This document shows, in pieces, positions 1 through 8,848 of a stretch of DNA of 64,000 nucleotides. Each line of letters starts with the position of its first letter. Within the stretch, counting starts at the first letter, position 1. Origin of the DNA: Bdellovibrionota bacterium (lineage in GTDB: Bacteria > Bdellovibrionota_C > UBA2361 > OMII01); assembly GCA_044345405.1 (NCBI GenBank), contig JBIJBE010000004.1, forward strand, positions 63,007-127,006, in the 5' to 3' direction. The notes beneath the pieces were generated by a model that worked only from the letters and a program-made list of their open reading frames with translations, did no database searches and had not been told where the DNA came from. Made by a program: the position numbers and the translations under genes.

Positions 1-120
1 GGTGTCGACACCGCCTCTTTCATAAAGGGGGATCTCACAGAGCCGTCCTTCCCCCGTTCAACGCCGAACATCGATCTCCGAGAACTTATTTCGACACGAT
101 ATATCGGAGGTAATCAATGA
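1..120 (+). CDS. menC: C-terminal fragment of a gene entering the window, probably o-succinylbenzoate synthase
   Basis: Frame 1 reads GVDTASFIKGDLTEP...GGNQ* with stop at 118-120 overlapping the menE ATG (ATGA). The G[LV]DT motif near the C-terminus and the position directly before menE fit MenC. Confidence 0.55.
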   Translation, partial: GVDTASFIKGDLTEPSFPRSTPNIDLRELISTRYIGGNQ

Positions 121-1478
121 ACCTCGTCGCGGAGATCCTGACTCATCCAATTGACGAACCATTCATCGTAGATGAGGATCTGAAGCTCTCGTATGGCGAG
201 ATGACAAAAGCGGTTACAACGCTACGCGCGCTCACAGCGAGCCAGGGCATCTCGCCTCAGTCCGTTGTGGCACTTCGTGCAGGGCAGGATACCGCTTCGG
301 TCCTCACCCTCCTGGCGCTCCTTGAGATGGAGTGCTCGGTTTTAGTGGTTCACACTCGATGGCCTGACACAATGCTCAGTGAGGCTCTCAAGAGGGCACG
401 CGCGAGTCACATCCTTACCCCTAGAACACACACGGAGGTCGAGGTTCAACCAATTTCGGCTTCGCACGTCCCTCCCTCATGGGCAACAGGCGCGTCAGTG
501 ATAGTGGCGACCTCAGGAAGCACCGGGGTTCCTAAACTCGCGCTCCTCTCCCTCTCATCGCTCCTCGCGAGCGCTCGAACATCCGCGCCAGCGTGCGCGT
601 TGACGAGGCATGATCGTTGGCAGCTCTCGCTTCCCCTCTTTCACGTTGGAGGTCTCGGTATCCTTTTTCGATCGCTCGTTACTGGAAGCTCCATCTCTCT
701 TACCAGATCTGACGACGGCATCGCGGATGCGGCGACAACCCATCTTTCATTAGTACCCACCCAGCTCTACCGTCTTCTGAGAGAAGCGAATTACCGCGAA
801 GCGCTTCGACAAAAAAGATGTGTCATGCTTGGAGGTGCCCCGATCGGAACACGAGTCCTCCGCGAAGCGATCGAAGTAGGGATACCGGTTATGACAACGT
901 ACGGCCTCACCGAGATGGGATCGGTGGTCACGCTCGCGTCCACACCGGTCATCTTAGAAGATGGAACTGTATCACTTGGACGACCACTTCCAGGCAGAGA
1001 GATACGCCTCTCGTCAGATGGCGAGGTGCTTACGCGCGGTGAGACCCTCTTTCAGGGATACATCACTACCGATGCGCTTTCCCTCCGGTGCGATGAAGAA
1101 GGTTGGTTTGCCACCGGCGACCTCGGAGAGATCCTTTCCGATGGAACACTCGCCATTATTGGGCGCAAGGACGCTCAATTTGTCTCTGGTGGAGAAAATA
1201 TTCACCCAGAGATGATCGAGAATGCTCTTACCTCTCTTCCGGGGATCATAGCGGCGTGCGTTGTGCCAATGCCGAACGCTGAGTTCGGACACCGACCGTT
1301 CGCGTTCGTTGTATCGCAGGGTGCCTCACTGGACCTTAACGAGATTCGAGAAGCCCTTCGTCCGCTCATACCGAGCTTCGCTCTTCCAATCGGGGTTCAA
1401 GAAGCTCCCGCCGAGCTTCTCACACCAACCGGTAAGATTAGTCGGGCGATGGCAGTTCAGGTGGCGGCCAATCGGTAA
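117..1478 (+). CDS. menE: o-succinylbenzoate--CoA ligase (AMP-binding family)
   Basis: TSGSTGVPK AMP-binding loop, LSLPLFHVGGLGI, SLVPTQL, TYGLTEMGS, WFATGDLG, GRKD..FVSGGENIHPE. GGAGG RBS at 107-111. Confidence 0.9.
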   Translation: MNLVAEILTHPIDEPFIVDEDLKLSYGEMTKAVTTLRALTASQGISPQSVVALRAGQDTASVLTLLALLEMECSVLVVHTRWPDTMLSEALKRARASHILTPRTHTEVEVQPISASHVPPSWATGASVIVATSGSTGVPKLALLSLSSLLASARTSAPACALTRHDRWQLSLPLFHVGGLGILFRSLVTGSSISLTRSDDGIADAATTHLSLVPTQLYRLLREANYREALRQKRCVMLGGAPIGTRVLREAIEVGIPVMTTYGLTEMGSVVTLASTPVILEDGTVSLGRPLPGREIRLSSDGEVLTRGETLFQGYITTDALSLRCDEEGWFATGDLGEILSDGTLAIIGRKDAQFVSGGENIHPEMIENALTSLPGIIAACVVPMPNAEFGHRPFAFVVSQGASLDLNEIREALRPLIPSFALPIGVQEAPAELLTPTGKISRAMAVQVAANR

Positions 1479-1694
1479 CCGCTCCCCCCGTTTTTGCCCC
1501 TGTTTCAGCGTGCAACGACGATCGGGAACTTTCCCGGAGAACCAACTGGTTAGCGGGGGAGTCGGAGCCTCCCTGCTCAAGAGGCCCCCAACCTTCTTGA
1601 CTACAAACGTACCTGGCGTCATTGTCCTCGGCTGACCAGATATGAGAGCCGCAGGCAACAACAGCGGCGCCTGATCAGGTTCGGAGGGATAGAG

Positions 1695-2432
1695 ATGACG
1701 ACACTACACAATGTATTGCGAGCAGATGCGCGAGTAGACAATTTCGGAGGCTCGCTCTCAAGATTCTGCCAGGAGGCCCTCAGGGGAGCGCTCCAATCGG
1801 TTGACCACTTTTATGGGTACGCTCTCTTTGAGAGCCCCTCACCCCCTAAAGTTGAACTTGCTTCGACCGAGATCGTGCGAGAGTTAGTCGCTATCGGCGT
1901 AAAGGTCCTTGAAATTGAGAACAAACGCAATCACGTTCTTATAACACCAGACATGGCAAAGAAACTGGAGGTGATTTTTCGACATCTGCCTGATACGGTA
2001 TCCCGAGAAGGATGGTCGTCGAGTCTCATAAATGCCGTGAGTGGCAGATGCAAGGACATGGCGTGTTGCCAAGACGAAAAGCAAGACCCTCACCGTAATT
2101 TGCTCTACCACGCAGTGCTCGGAAGCCTCCTGCGACTCGAGTCTATTCCACCATCAATCGCGTATCCGACGCTAAGAATGATCGCTCAATGGGGAGACCT
2201 AAAGAAGGTCGCGATGGGCCAGGCCGATGGTCAACTCTCGACTCCATACTGGACCTCCACCTTAGAGATCGGTCAACAACTCATACGGATGGTATCTGAT
2301 GTTTTTGACGAGATAAGCGCGCAAAAGCCGTACGACGCGACTAAGCACCAACTTTCCGCGGCGGGCGTTCAACGCGCGCTCAACATACTTGCGACAGACC
2401 CCATGATCGCAAAGCTTATGACACCATCATGA
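1695..2432 (+). CDS. hypothetical protein (245 aa, predicted mostly helical)
   Basis: Long ORF preceded by GGAGGG RBS. No family recognised. Confidence 0.7.
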   Translation: MTTLHNVLRADARVDNFGGSLSRFCQEALRGALQSVDHFYGYALFESPSPPKVELASTEIVRELVAIGVKVLEIENKRNHVLITPDMAKKLEVIFRHLPDTVSREGWSSSLINAVSGRCKDMACCQDEKQDPHRNLLYHAVLGSLLRLESIPPSIAYPTLRMIAQWGDLKKVAMGQADGQLSTPYWTSTLEIGQQLIRMVSDVFDEISAQKPYDATKHQLSAAGVQRALNILATDPMIAKLMTPS

Positions 2433-2574
2433 ATCGGGTGAAACCAACTATGCATTCCCGTGACCAGGTGCCTACATTCTAATGCAGCCCCTAGCCCGAC
2501 GCTTCCGCTCGCAAGTACTGGAGGGATGCTCAGCTACTCATAGACACGCCGCAGCTCAGTTTCGGTACATAGGT

Positions 2575-2597
2575 AATCCGTCTTCACCAGACGGATT
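2575..2597. terminator. possible terminator hairpin between convergent genes
   Basis: Perfect 9-bp stem AATCCGTCT-tcacc-AGACGGATT. It lacks a clear U-tract. Confidence 0.35.
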
Positions 2598-2640
2598 GGT
2601 CAGACTATTTTTGTCTATCTAAAATTTTAGGGCACCATCA

Positions 2641-3903
2641 TTAGCGAACCAGCGCGATCGTATCTTTGATAATATCGCTAGCCGTTGAGATCACCTTTGA
2701 GTTCGCGCCATACGCTCGTTGGAGAACCACAAGCTCCACGAACTGTCCGGCGAGATCAACGTTAGAATACTCAAGCGATTGCGTGAGAAGCTTGCTTCTC
2801 GCTCCAGTGCCCGCGATACCGGAGGTAATCCCACCCGATTTATCAGTAGTCGCGAAGGTCGAAGTTCCGCTTCGAGCAAGACCATCGCGATTGGTAACGG
2901 TCGCGACGGAGATCGTTCCAACGCGAGCGGTCTGTCCGTTAGTTAGACGGGCGTTAATAACTCCCTGGCCGTTTATCTCATAGCCAGAGATCTCACCCAC
3001 TCCCTGGCCGTTCTGCGCGTAGTTGGTAACTAACGTCGCCCCAGCGAATTGAGAAAAGGCGCTTAAATCCGCGGTGATCGTCGAAGGAGCGGCTCCGGTC
3101 GACCAGGTAGCGTTGATGTTCATCACGGCTTGAGCTGCCCCCTGTTGTGACAGTCGCCCATCGGTGTCAAAGGTGAGTTGTGTGGACCCTATCAACACCG
3201 GCTGATCAGCGGCCTGACCAACATCCGCGCCGTTCGCGTACGCTTGAACGGTCCATGTGTTCAATCCGGTCCGATAGTAGCCGAATACAACCTCATGCCG
3301 AGCGCCGAGCGAATCATACACCGACACGGTGGTGGTTGAGGCTGCGGTATTATTTATCTCCTGGAAATTCAGTGGCACTTGGGGAGGCGTGGACGAGTTA
3401 GCGGAGCTGTTGAGATTGCCGAAGAGCTGCGCCTGCGTTGTGGGTACGATCTCAAGATCGACCTTACGCATATCGATCGGTCCAAGGGTCACCGCGTCTC
3501 CACCGGTGTATCCGAGCACACGAAGGCCATCGAGTGTCGAGAGAAAGCCATCTTGATCGACTTGAAAGGATCCCGCTCTCGTGAGCTGAGGATTCGTCAC
3601 ATCACCGACCTGAAAAAAACCATTTCCGCTCAGCGCGACATCAAGATCCCGGCCGGTTCCCTGAATGGGTCCTACGTCGAAATTAGACTGAATACCCTTT
3701 ACAGTGACACCATCGCCAGCGCCTGAAACAACACCGGCGACCCGATCGCCGGGCGTTTCGCCGAGCATATCAGCGAAGATAGCTCGCTGATTTTTGAACC
3801 CAACGGTGTTGGCGTTGGATATGTTATCGCCGACAATGGCGAGAGCCTGTCCATGAGCGGTAATACCTTCCCGGCCCGTATTAAGTGCGGATTCTATTCT
3901 CAT
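2641..3903 (-). CDS. flgE: flagellar hook protein FlgE
   Basis: N-terminal GDNISNANTVGFK, TGRDLDVALSGNGFF, TRAGSFQVD, VYDSLG, and C-terminal LEYSNVDLA.QFVELVVLQRAYGANSKVIST. Confidence 0.92.
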   Translation of the reverse strand: MRIESALNTGREGITAHGQALAIVGDNISNANTVGFKNQRAIFADMLGETPGDRVAGVVSGAGDGVTVKGIQSNFDVGPIQGTGRDLDVALSGNGFFQVGDVTNPQLTRAGSFQVDQDGFLSTLDGLRVLGYTGGDAVTLGPIDMRKVDLEIVPTTQAQLFGNLNSSANSSTPPQVPLNFQEINNTAASTTTVSVYDSLGARHEVVFGYYRTGLNTWTVQAYANGADVGQAADQPVLIGSTQLTFDTDGRLSQQGAAQAVMNINATWSTGAAPSTITADLSAFSQFAGATLVTNYAQNGQGVGEISGYEINGQGVINARLTNGQTARVGTISVATVTNRDGLARSGTSTFATTDKSGGITSGIAGTGARSKLLTQSLEYSNVDLAGQFVELVVLQRAYGANSKVISTASDIIKDTIALVR

Positions 3904-3977
3904 GGTTACCTATGCATCCTTTTGGCGCGTCCTAGCCTGGGCAATCCCTGCCCACTCCTCCAACTAGAACGTTAGGG

Positions 3978-3993
3978 TGCAAAATGTCGGCCA
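3978..3993 (-). promoter_or_regulatory. sigma54 (-24/-12) promoter upstream of flgE
   Basis: Minus strand reads TGGCCGACATTTTGCA, which is GG-N10-GC with TTGCA at -12, about 75 bp upstream of the flgE start. Confidence 0.6.
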
Positions 3994-4139
3994 TCGGTGC
4001 CCATCCCTGAAACCGGGGGGTTAGTCAGGATGGGAGTGACTATTTTGCCTAGTCACCCTTCCGGTTAACTGCCCAAATTCCACCACAGGTATAAACGACC
4101 TCATTTCCGACATAGTCCCTCCGGTATACAGTGGTCCCT

Positions 4140-5021
4140 ATGCATATACTTGTAACGGGCGGGGCGGGCTTTCTCGGAGGAGCTTGCAGAGATCTCCTCG
4201 CCCAACAAACAGAGAGCGAGGTGTCCCTCCTTCGATCAGGACGTGGCCCCTCAATCTCGGGGAGCTTTCATACCTGCATCGAGGCCCCATCCCTTCTGAA
4301 CGCCGACGAGCTGACCCAGCAGATCGGAGCGAGGCGAATCACTCACATCATCCATATTGGAGCGCTCTCCTCGCCCGAAGCGTGTGAACGCCACCCGGAG
4401 AGCGCCCACATCTCTAATGTACGGTTCACTGAGATGCTTGCCGACTATGCCGCCCGCGTTGGCGCCCATCTCACGACCATCTCGACCGATCTCGTCTTCG
4501 ACGGAACGAAGGCGCCTCACGATGGGCTCTCCGAAGAACACACGCCACGCCCCCTCTCGGTGTACAGTCAAACGAAGCTCTCCGCGGAAAAGGTGACGCT
4601 GCGTTCACCGTTGAACACGGTCGTTCGCGTCGCGCTCCTGTACGGGCACTCGTCCTCACAATCCCTGGGCGTTCTCGGCTGGATGGAGAGAGCCTTTACG
4701 GAGGGAACCCCCCTTACTCTTTTTTCGGATGAATATCGAACCCCTATTCATGTGATGGATGCCGCCTCCGCCATCCTTAATCTCTCAACGCGATCGCTGC
4801 CTGGTATCTGGCACTGCGGGGGCCCTGCGCGAGTGTCCAGAGTTGAATTCGGAACGCTCGTCGCGAAGGCCTTGGGATACGACCCGTCGCTGATTCGTCC
4901 GACCTCTCGCCTCACTATCTCGACCGGCCCGGCTCGTCCGGAGGACGTTTCACTTAATTCGGAGAGGCTTTGGACAACGTTGGGGTGGAGGCCACGGGGA
5001 GTGGTGGAGGCGCTGGGGTAA
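4140..5021 (+). CDS. SDR-family oxidoreductase, dTDP-4-dehydrorhamnose reductase (RmlD/RfbD)-like
   Basis: ILVTGGAGFLG Rossmann motif, ISTDLVFDG, YSQTK (YxxxK), LFSDEYRTP, RPEDVSL. Alternative GTG start at 4131. Confidence 0.85.
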   Translation: MHILVTGGAGFLGGACRDLLAQQTESEVSLLRSGRGPSISGSFHTCIEAPSLLNADELTQQIGARRITHIIHIGALSSPEACERHPESAHISNVRFTEMLADYAARVGAHLTTISTDLVFDGTKAPHDGLSEEHTPRPLSVYSQTKLSAEKVTLRSPLNTVVRVALLYGHSSSQSLGVLGWMERAFTEGTPLTLFSDEYRTPIHVMDAASAILNLSTRSLPGIWHCGGPARVSRVEFGTLVAKALGYDPSLIRPTSRLTISTGPARPEDVSLNSERLWTTLGWRPRGVVEALG

Positions 5022-5053
5022 CGGAGGCGCTCATCCGCGACGACCCGGTACCT

Positions 5054-5172
5054 GGGAGGGCGGTCATTCCTGACCGCCGCGTGGTAACCAGCGACCAGGT
5101 CCTTGGTGGCACGCAACATTTCGGCGACCAGCCTGTCCCGAGCACAGTCGAGGGGGGAATGGTCGCCCTCCC
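5054..5172. repeat. REP-doublet (REPIN)-like inverted repeat
   Basis: 5054-5070 pairs with 5156-5172 (17 bp, two G-U pairs). The left arm also contains the palindrome GGCGGTCA-ttcc-TGACCGCC. Confidence 0.5.
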
Positions 5173-5310
5173 GGAGTAGCCTGCGTCACATTTTCATTGA
5201 GGTCCCAATCGGCCCCAAACGCTCCCAAACCACCACCTTCAAACCACGCTTTGATACGCATTCCAGACGGTGTACCATAACAATGCAGTTACCCACCGTT
5301 TTTGGGGAAT

Positions 5311-5676
5311 ATGATTATGAGAACTCTCCTCTGCGCCCTCTCTCTTTCAGTCATTTTCGTGTCACCAGCTCTCGCTCAATGCTACGGCGACGCCGCCGAT
5401 GCGTTCGGTTGCGGAGTGTCCCGCCCAAGCGAAGCAAGCCTTGAGTCTTTCGGAGATTCGCGAAACGATGTCGTGCCTGATTACTACGGTAACTCGCGAG
5501 CGATCAGCACGAGCGAGCTTTTCTCTCAGGAAGAGACCATGAATTACTACCGTCGCCTCTATCGTGGGTGGCGTGGTAACAACTGGTCAGAGTCGGCTCT
5601 TCGCAACTCTATGAACAGCCAATCTCAGCCTCTGCGACGTTCCAACAATATACCCGCGATCGGCCCTCGCTTTTAA
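5311..5676 (+). CDS. hypothetical exported protein
   Basis: Sec-type signal peptide MRTLLCALSLSVIFVSPALA|Q followed by a Cys pair. GGGGA RBS. Start at 5311 or 5317. Confidence 0.7.
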   Translation: MIMRTLLCALSLSVIFVSPALAQCYGDAADAFGCGVSRPSEASLESFGDSRNDVVPDYYGNSRAISTSELFSQEETMNYYRRLYRGWRGNNWSESALRNSMNSQSQPLRRSNNIPAIGPRF

Positions 5677-5695
5677 GTCAACGGTCGGAGGTGGG

Positions 5696-7681
5696 TCACA
5701 CCTGGGGCGCTGATTGCCCTACCCATTCCCGTACCGCAAGTTCAAGATCCTGCGCGGAGACTCGATATTCTCGACTGCCCGCACCTGATTCACGTTTGAA
5801 GGCGTTGAGACCCGCTTGATTACAGATCTCTCGAATGTCTGCCGCGCACTTACCCTCTGTGGCGGCGACCAACCTATTGATATCCACACCACCCGCGAGC
5901 GGAAGTTTGCTGAGATACATCGAGAAGAGCGTGCCGCGCGCTTGCGGTCCCGGGAGAGGCACCATAAGAACCTTGTTCAATCGACCTCCTCGCTTTAGGG
6001 CTGGATCCACAAGGTCAGCGCGATTCGTCGCTCCGATGATGTAGACCCCCTCGCGTTTCACGATACCATCGATCAACTGCAGGAGGTGGTTCAAAAGATT
6101 ATCCGCGTGCTGCGCGTTCCCCTCGGCTCGATTCTTGGCGATTGAGTCGATCTCATCAATAAAGATAACGGAGGGAGCGTTCTTCGCCGCTGTCTTAAAG
6201 AGACGCGTAAGGTTCTTCTCAGACTCGCCTACCCACTTCGAGATAATCTCATCTGTTTGGAGCACAAAAAACGAGAGATTCGCCTCATTCGCGATTACCT
6301 TCGCGAGCGTTGTTTTGCCGGTACCTGGAGGGCCATTTAACAAGATTCCCTTTGGCACCGTGATACCGTACTTGAGCGCCGTGCTCGGATCCCTAAGCAG
6401 GGTGATCACGCTCTGCATCTCTCGTTTGAGCTCATCGTCAACAACGATATCATCCCACGTAACCTTCTCTACCTTTCCATTGAGAGGTTGCGGCGTCGTA
6501 TCCGCTTGGCCCTCAAGTAACATCTCCGCCTTCTCCTCATCGATAGCGAACATGTCGAGGGCAGCCTCAATGTCGGCCGAGGTTATCCTCTGACTTCGAC
6601 GATTCGCAGGGAGCGATTGCTCCCGTTGGTACGCCTGCAGTCCAGCTTGATTACAGATCGCCTTGATATCCGCTCCGGAGTTCCCCTGTGTGGCGCGCGC
6701 GAGGGACTCAATATCGATATCATCCGAGAGCTGCAACTTTCGCGAGTACACCTGAAAGAGCTTGGTCCGAGACTCGTAATCAGGGAGTGGAATCTCAATT
6801 ACCCTATTAAGACGACCCGCGCGCCGCAGTGCCTCATCAACGAGGTCCGCGCGATTGGTCGCCCCGATCACGTAGATACCATCCGCTTTGAGCACACCAT
6901 CAATTAATTGAAGAAGATGATTGAGCAGGTTGTCGGTATGGCTCGCGTTAGACGAGGAGCGCTTCTTTCCGAGGGAATCGATCTCATCGACAAAGATAAC
7001 CGCGGGGGCGTGCTTCTGCGCGCTCTCAAACAACTTCGTGAGATTCTTCTCTGACTCACCAACCCACTTCGACACGATCTCATTCGCTCGAAGCACGAAG
7101 AAGTTGAGACCAGCCATCGTCGCGACCGCTTTGGCGATAGTCGTTTTTCCGGTACCTGGAGGACCGTTAAAGAGGATGCCCTTCGGCAGCGCGATGCCGT
7201 AATCCTTGGCGTTTTGAGGACTCTTGAGGAGGTTGATCACCGATACTAATTCATCCTTCGTTTCCTGTCCGATGATCAGGTCCTCCCACGCGACGATCTC
7301 GATCTCGTCATTTCGTACCCGGGGGTCATATCCGGTATCATCAGCCGGAGGTGTGTGACTCGCGCCATCACCACCCGCGGATTCCCCCAATCCCTTACCT
7401 CGAGCCACCGCCAAGAACACCAGAACGAGTGGACAGAAATGGAGCAACGCCATCGGCAAAGCGCCGACGTCCCCCTCACGCACGATGTGGTACACCTTGA
7501 ACGCGATAAAGAAACCAAAGACAAAGGAGAGTAATTGAAGGAGGAAGTCGCCAAAGCGGATCTTATCCCCGTCGTACCAATACTTGGCGTGATAGCCGTA
7601 GTAGGCGAAGGGCAAGATAAAGGTTATCAGTAGGGTAATCTCTGATAGTTGTAGGTCGTGGATCGAAACCATCTCACCCAC
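5696..7681 (-). CDS. membrane-anchored tandem AAA+ ATPase (Cdc48/p97/VAT-like D1-D2 with N-terminal TM helices)
   Basis: Three hydrophobic N-terminal segments, then two AAA modules, each with GPPGTGKT, pore loop SKWVGESEK, Walker B IF[VI]DEID and IGATNRADLVD.AL.R.GRL. Confidence 0.9.
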   Translation of the reverse strand: MGEMVSIHDLQLSEITLLITFILPFAYYGYHAKYWYDGDKIRFGDFLLQLLSFVFGFFIAFKVYHIVREGDVGALPMALLHFCPLVLVFLAVARGKGLGESAGGDGASHTPPADDTGYDPRVRNDEIEIVAWEDLIIGQETKDELVSVINLLKSPQNAKDYGIALPKGILFNGPPGTGKTTIAKAVATMAGLNFFVLRANEIVSKWVGESEKNLTKLFESAQKHAPAVIFVDEIDSLGKKRSSSNASHTDNLLNHLLQLIDGVLKADGIYVIGATNRADLVDEALRRAGRLNRVIEIPLPDYESRTKLFQVYSRKLQLSDDIDIESLARATQGNSGADIKAICNQAGLQAYQREQSLPANRRSQRITSADIEAALDMFAIDEEKAEMLLEGQADTTPQPLNGKVEKVTWDDIVVDDELKREMQSVITLLRDPSTALKYGITVPKGILLNGPPGTGKTTLAKVIANEANLSFFVLQTDEIISKWVGESEKNLTRLFKTAAKNAPSVIFIDEIDSIAKNRAEGNAQHADNLLNHLLQLIDGIVKREGVYIIGATNRADLVDPALKRGGRLNKVLMVPLPGPQARGTLFSMYLSKLPLAGGVDINRLVAATEGKCAADIREICNQAGLNAFKRESGAGSREYRVSAQDLELAVREWVGQSAPQV

Positions 7682-7867
7682 TGTATCGGAACTTTCGGGG
7701 AGCGACTCAAGTTATTGAAAAGATATGAACAAAATTAAAGGCCAAAATCGCAAAAGTAAAAGAGCGTTCTAGGCACGACTCTCCTATACCCTTGAATATT
7801 CGTGGGGTTATTACCCCTTCCTACGGCACACCTTTGGTATTTCGTTCCATACCCCTCAGGACTCCGT

Positions 7868-8818
7868 ATGGCTAAAAACACCAAACTCTCACAACGAGGC
7901 ATCGGGGATCTTGAGCGTTCCATTGAGCGCTACGAGACCTACAACGACGGCTTTATCCTGCCCGATACCGTTATCGTGGTTCGACTCGACGCGCATCGAT
8001 ACGGTGACTGGAGCGCTCTTCCCGATGAGTATCCGACCGGTCCAACTACGACCAAGGGATTACTCATCACGGCCCGAGCTCTTATGTCCGCCTCATTCCG
8101 TGTAGTGTTGGCGTACACCCACGGGGACGAGATCTCACTCGTCCTTGATCCTACGGAGAACATCAATCCGCTGCGACGGAGCAAGTTGATCTCAGCGTTC
8201 TGCTCAGCCGCCGCTATTCACTTCCTTAAAGCCACCGGATTCGCCGCGATGTTCGACGCGAAGGTAAGCGAACTGCCGTCACCTGAGAGACTCTCGGAGT
8301 ATCTCTTCTGGCAACGAAAGTATTGCTACCGAAACGCCACAACAATAGCGCTGCGACGCGCGCTGATACGAAGCGGTTTGAGTCTCGACCAAGCGGAAAA
8401 CAAAATTCGTGGCGCAACTGAGGAGCAACGGATAGCTCAACTCAAAGAGCTTGGCGCTCCAGTTGAAACGATTCCGCCAACCACTCGACGTGGCTCTTTG
8501 CTCTATTGGAATACCGTTGTTGTAGAGGGCAGGCCGCAGGTCAAAGTTGTCGTCGATACCAAGCTCGCTGATAACGACGAAGCGTATGAGGCATTCCTAA
8601 CGGAGAGAGTCTCCAAAGCGCTCGTAACGGCACCCGTCAACCGACCAACTCAAGCTCCGGCAGCTCAGCCCGCTCCTGAACGAAAAGCTCAGGTAGTTGC
8701 CAAACAAGCACCGGTTCAAAAATCGCCACAGCCACCTAAACAACCACAACAACCACAACAGGCGAAGCGAAATAAGAAAGCTCAGGTCTCGGTATTCCGG
8801 ATGCCGCCAGCTCAGTAG
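7868..8818 (+). CDS. tRNA(His) guanylyltransferase Thg1-like protein (TLP), diverged
   Basis: VVRLD, AYTHGDEISL, SKLIS, FDAKV, YLFWQR...RNA and RRGS match the Thg1 motif order. C-terminal P/Q/K/A-rich tail. ATG at 7868 follows CAGGA. Confidence 0.8.
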   Translation: MAKNTKLSQRGIGDLERSIERYETYNDGFILPDTVIVVRLDAHRYGDWSALPDEYPTGPTTTKGLLITARALMSASFRVVLAYTHGDEISLVLDPTENINPLRRSKLISAFCSAAAIHFLKATGFAAMFDAKVSELPSPERLSEYLFWQRKYCYRNATTIALRRALIRSGLSLDQAENKIRGATEEQRIAQLKELGAPVETIPPTTRRGSLLYWNTVVVEGRPQVKVVVDTKLADNDEAYEAFLTERVSKALVTAPVNRPTQAPAAQPAPERKAQVVAKQAPVQKSPQPPKQPQQPQQAKRNKKAQVSVFRMPPAQ

Positions 8819-8848
8819 GAAGCGCTTGATAAGGGGAGGCTCCGCGTA

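Noticed and set aside
5054-5172. 6S RNA or SRP RNA
   Set aside because: It is short for 6S and lacks the SRP GNRA-capped CAGG/AGCA domain. A REP-like doublet explains it better.
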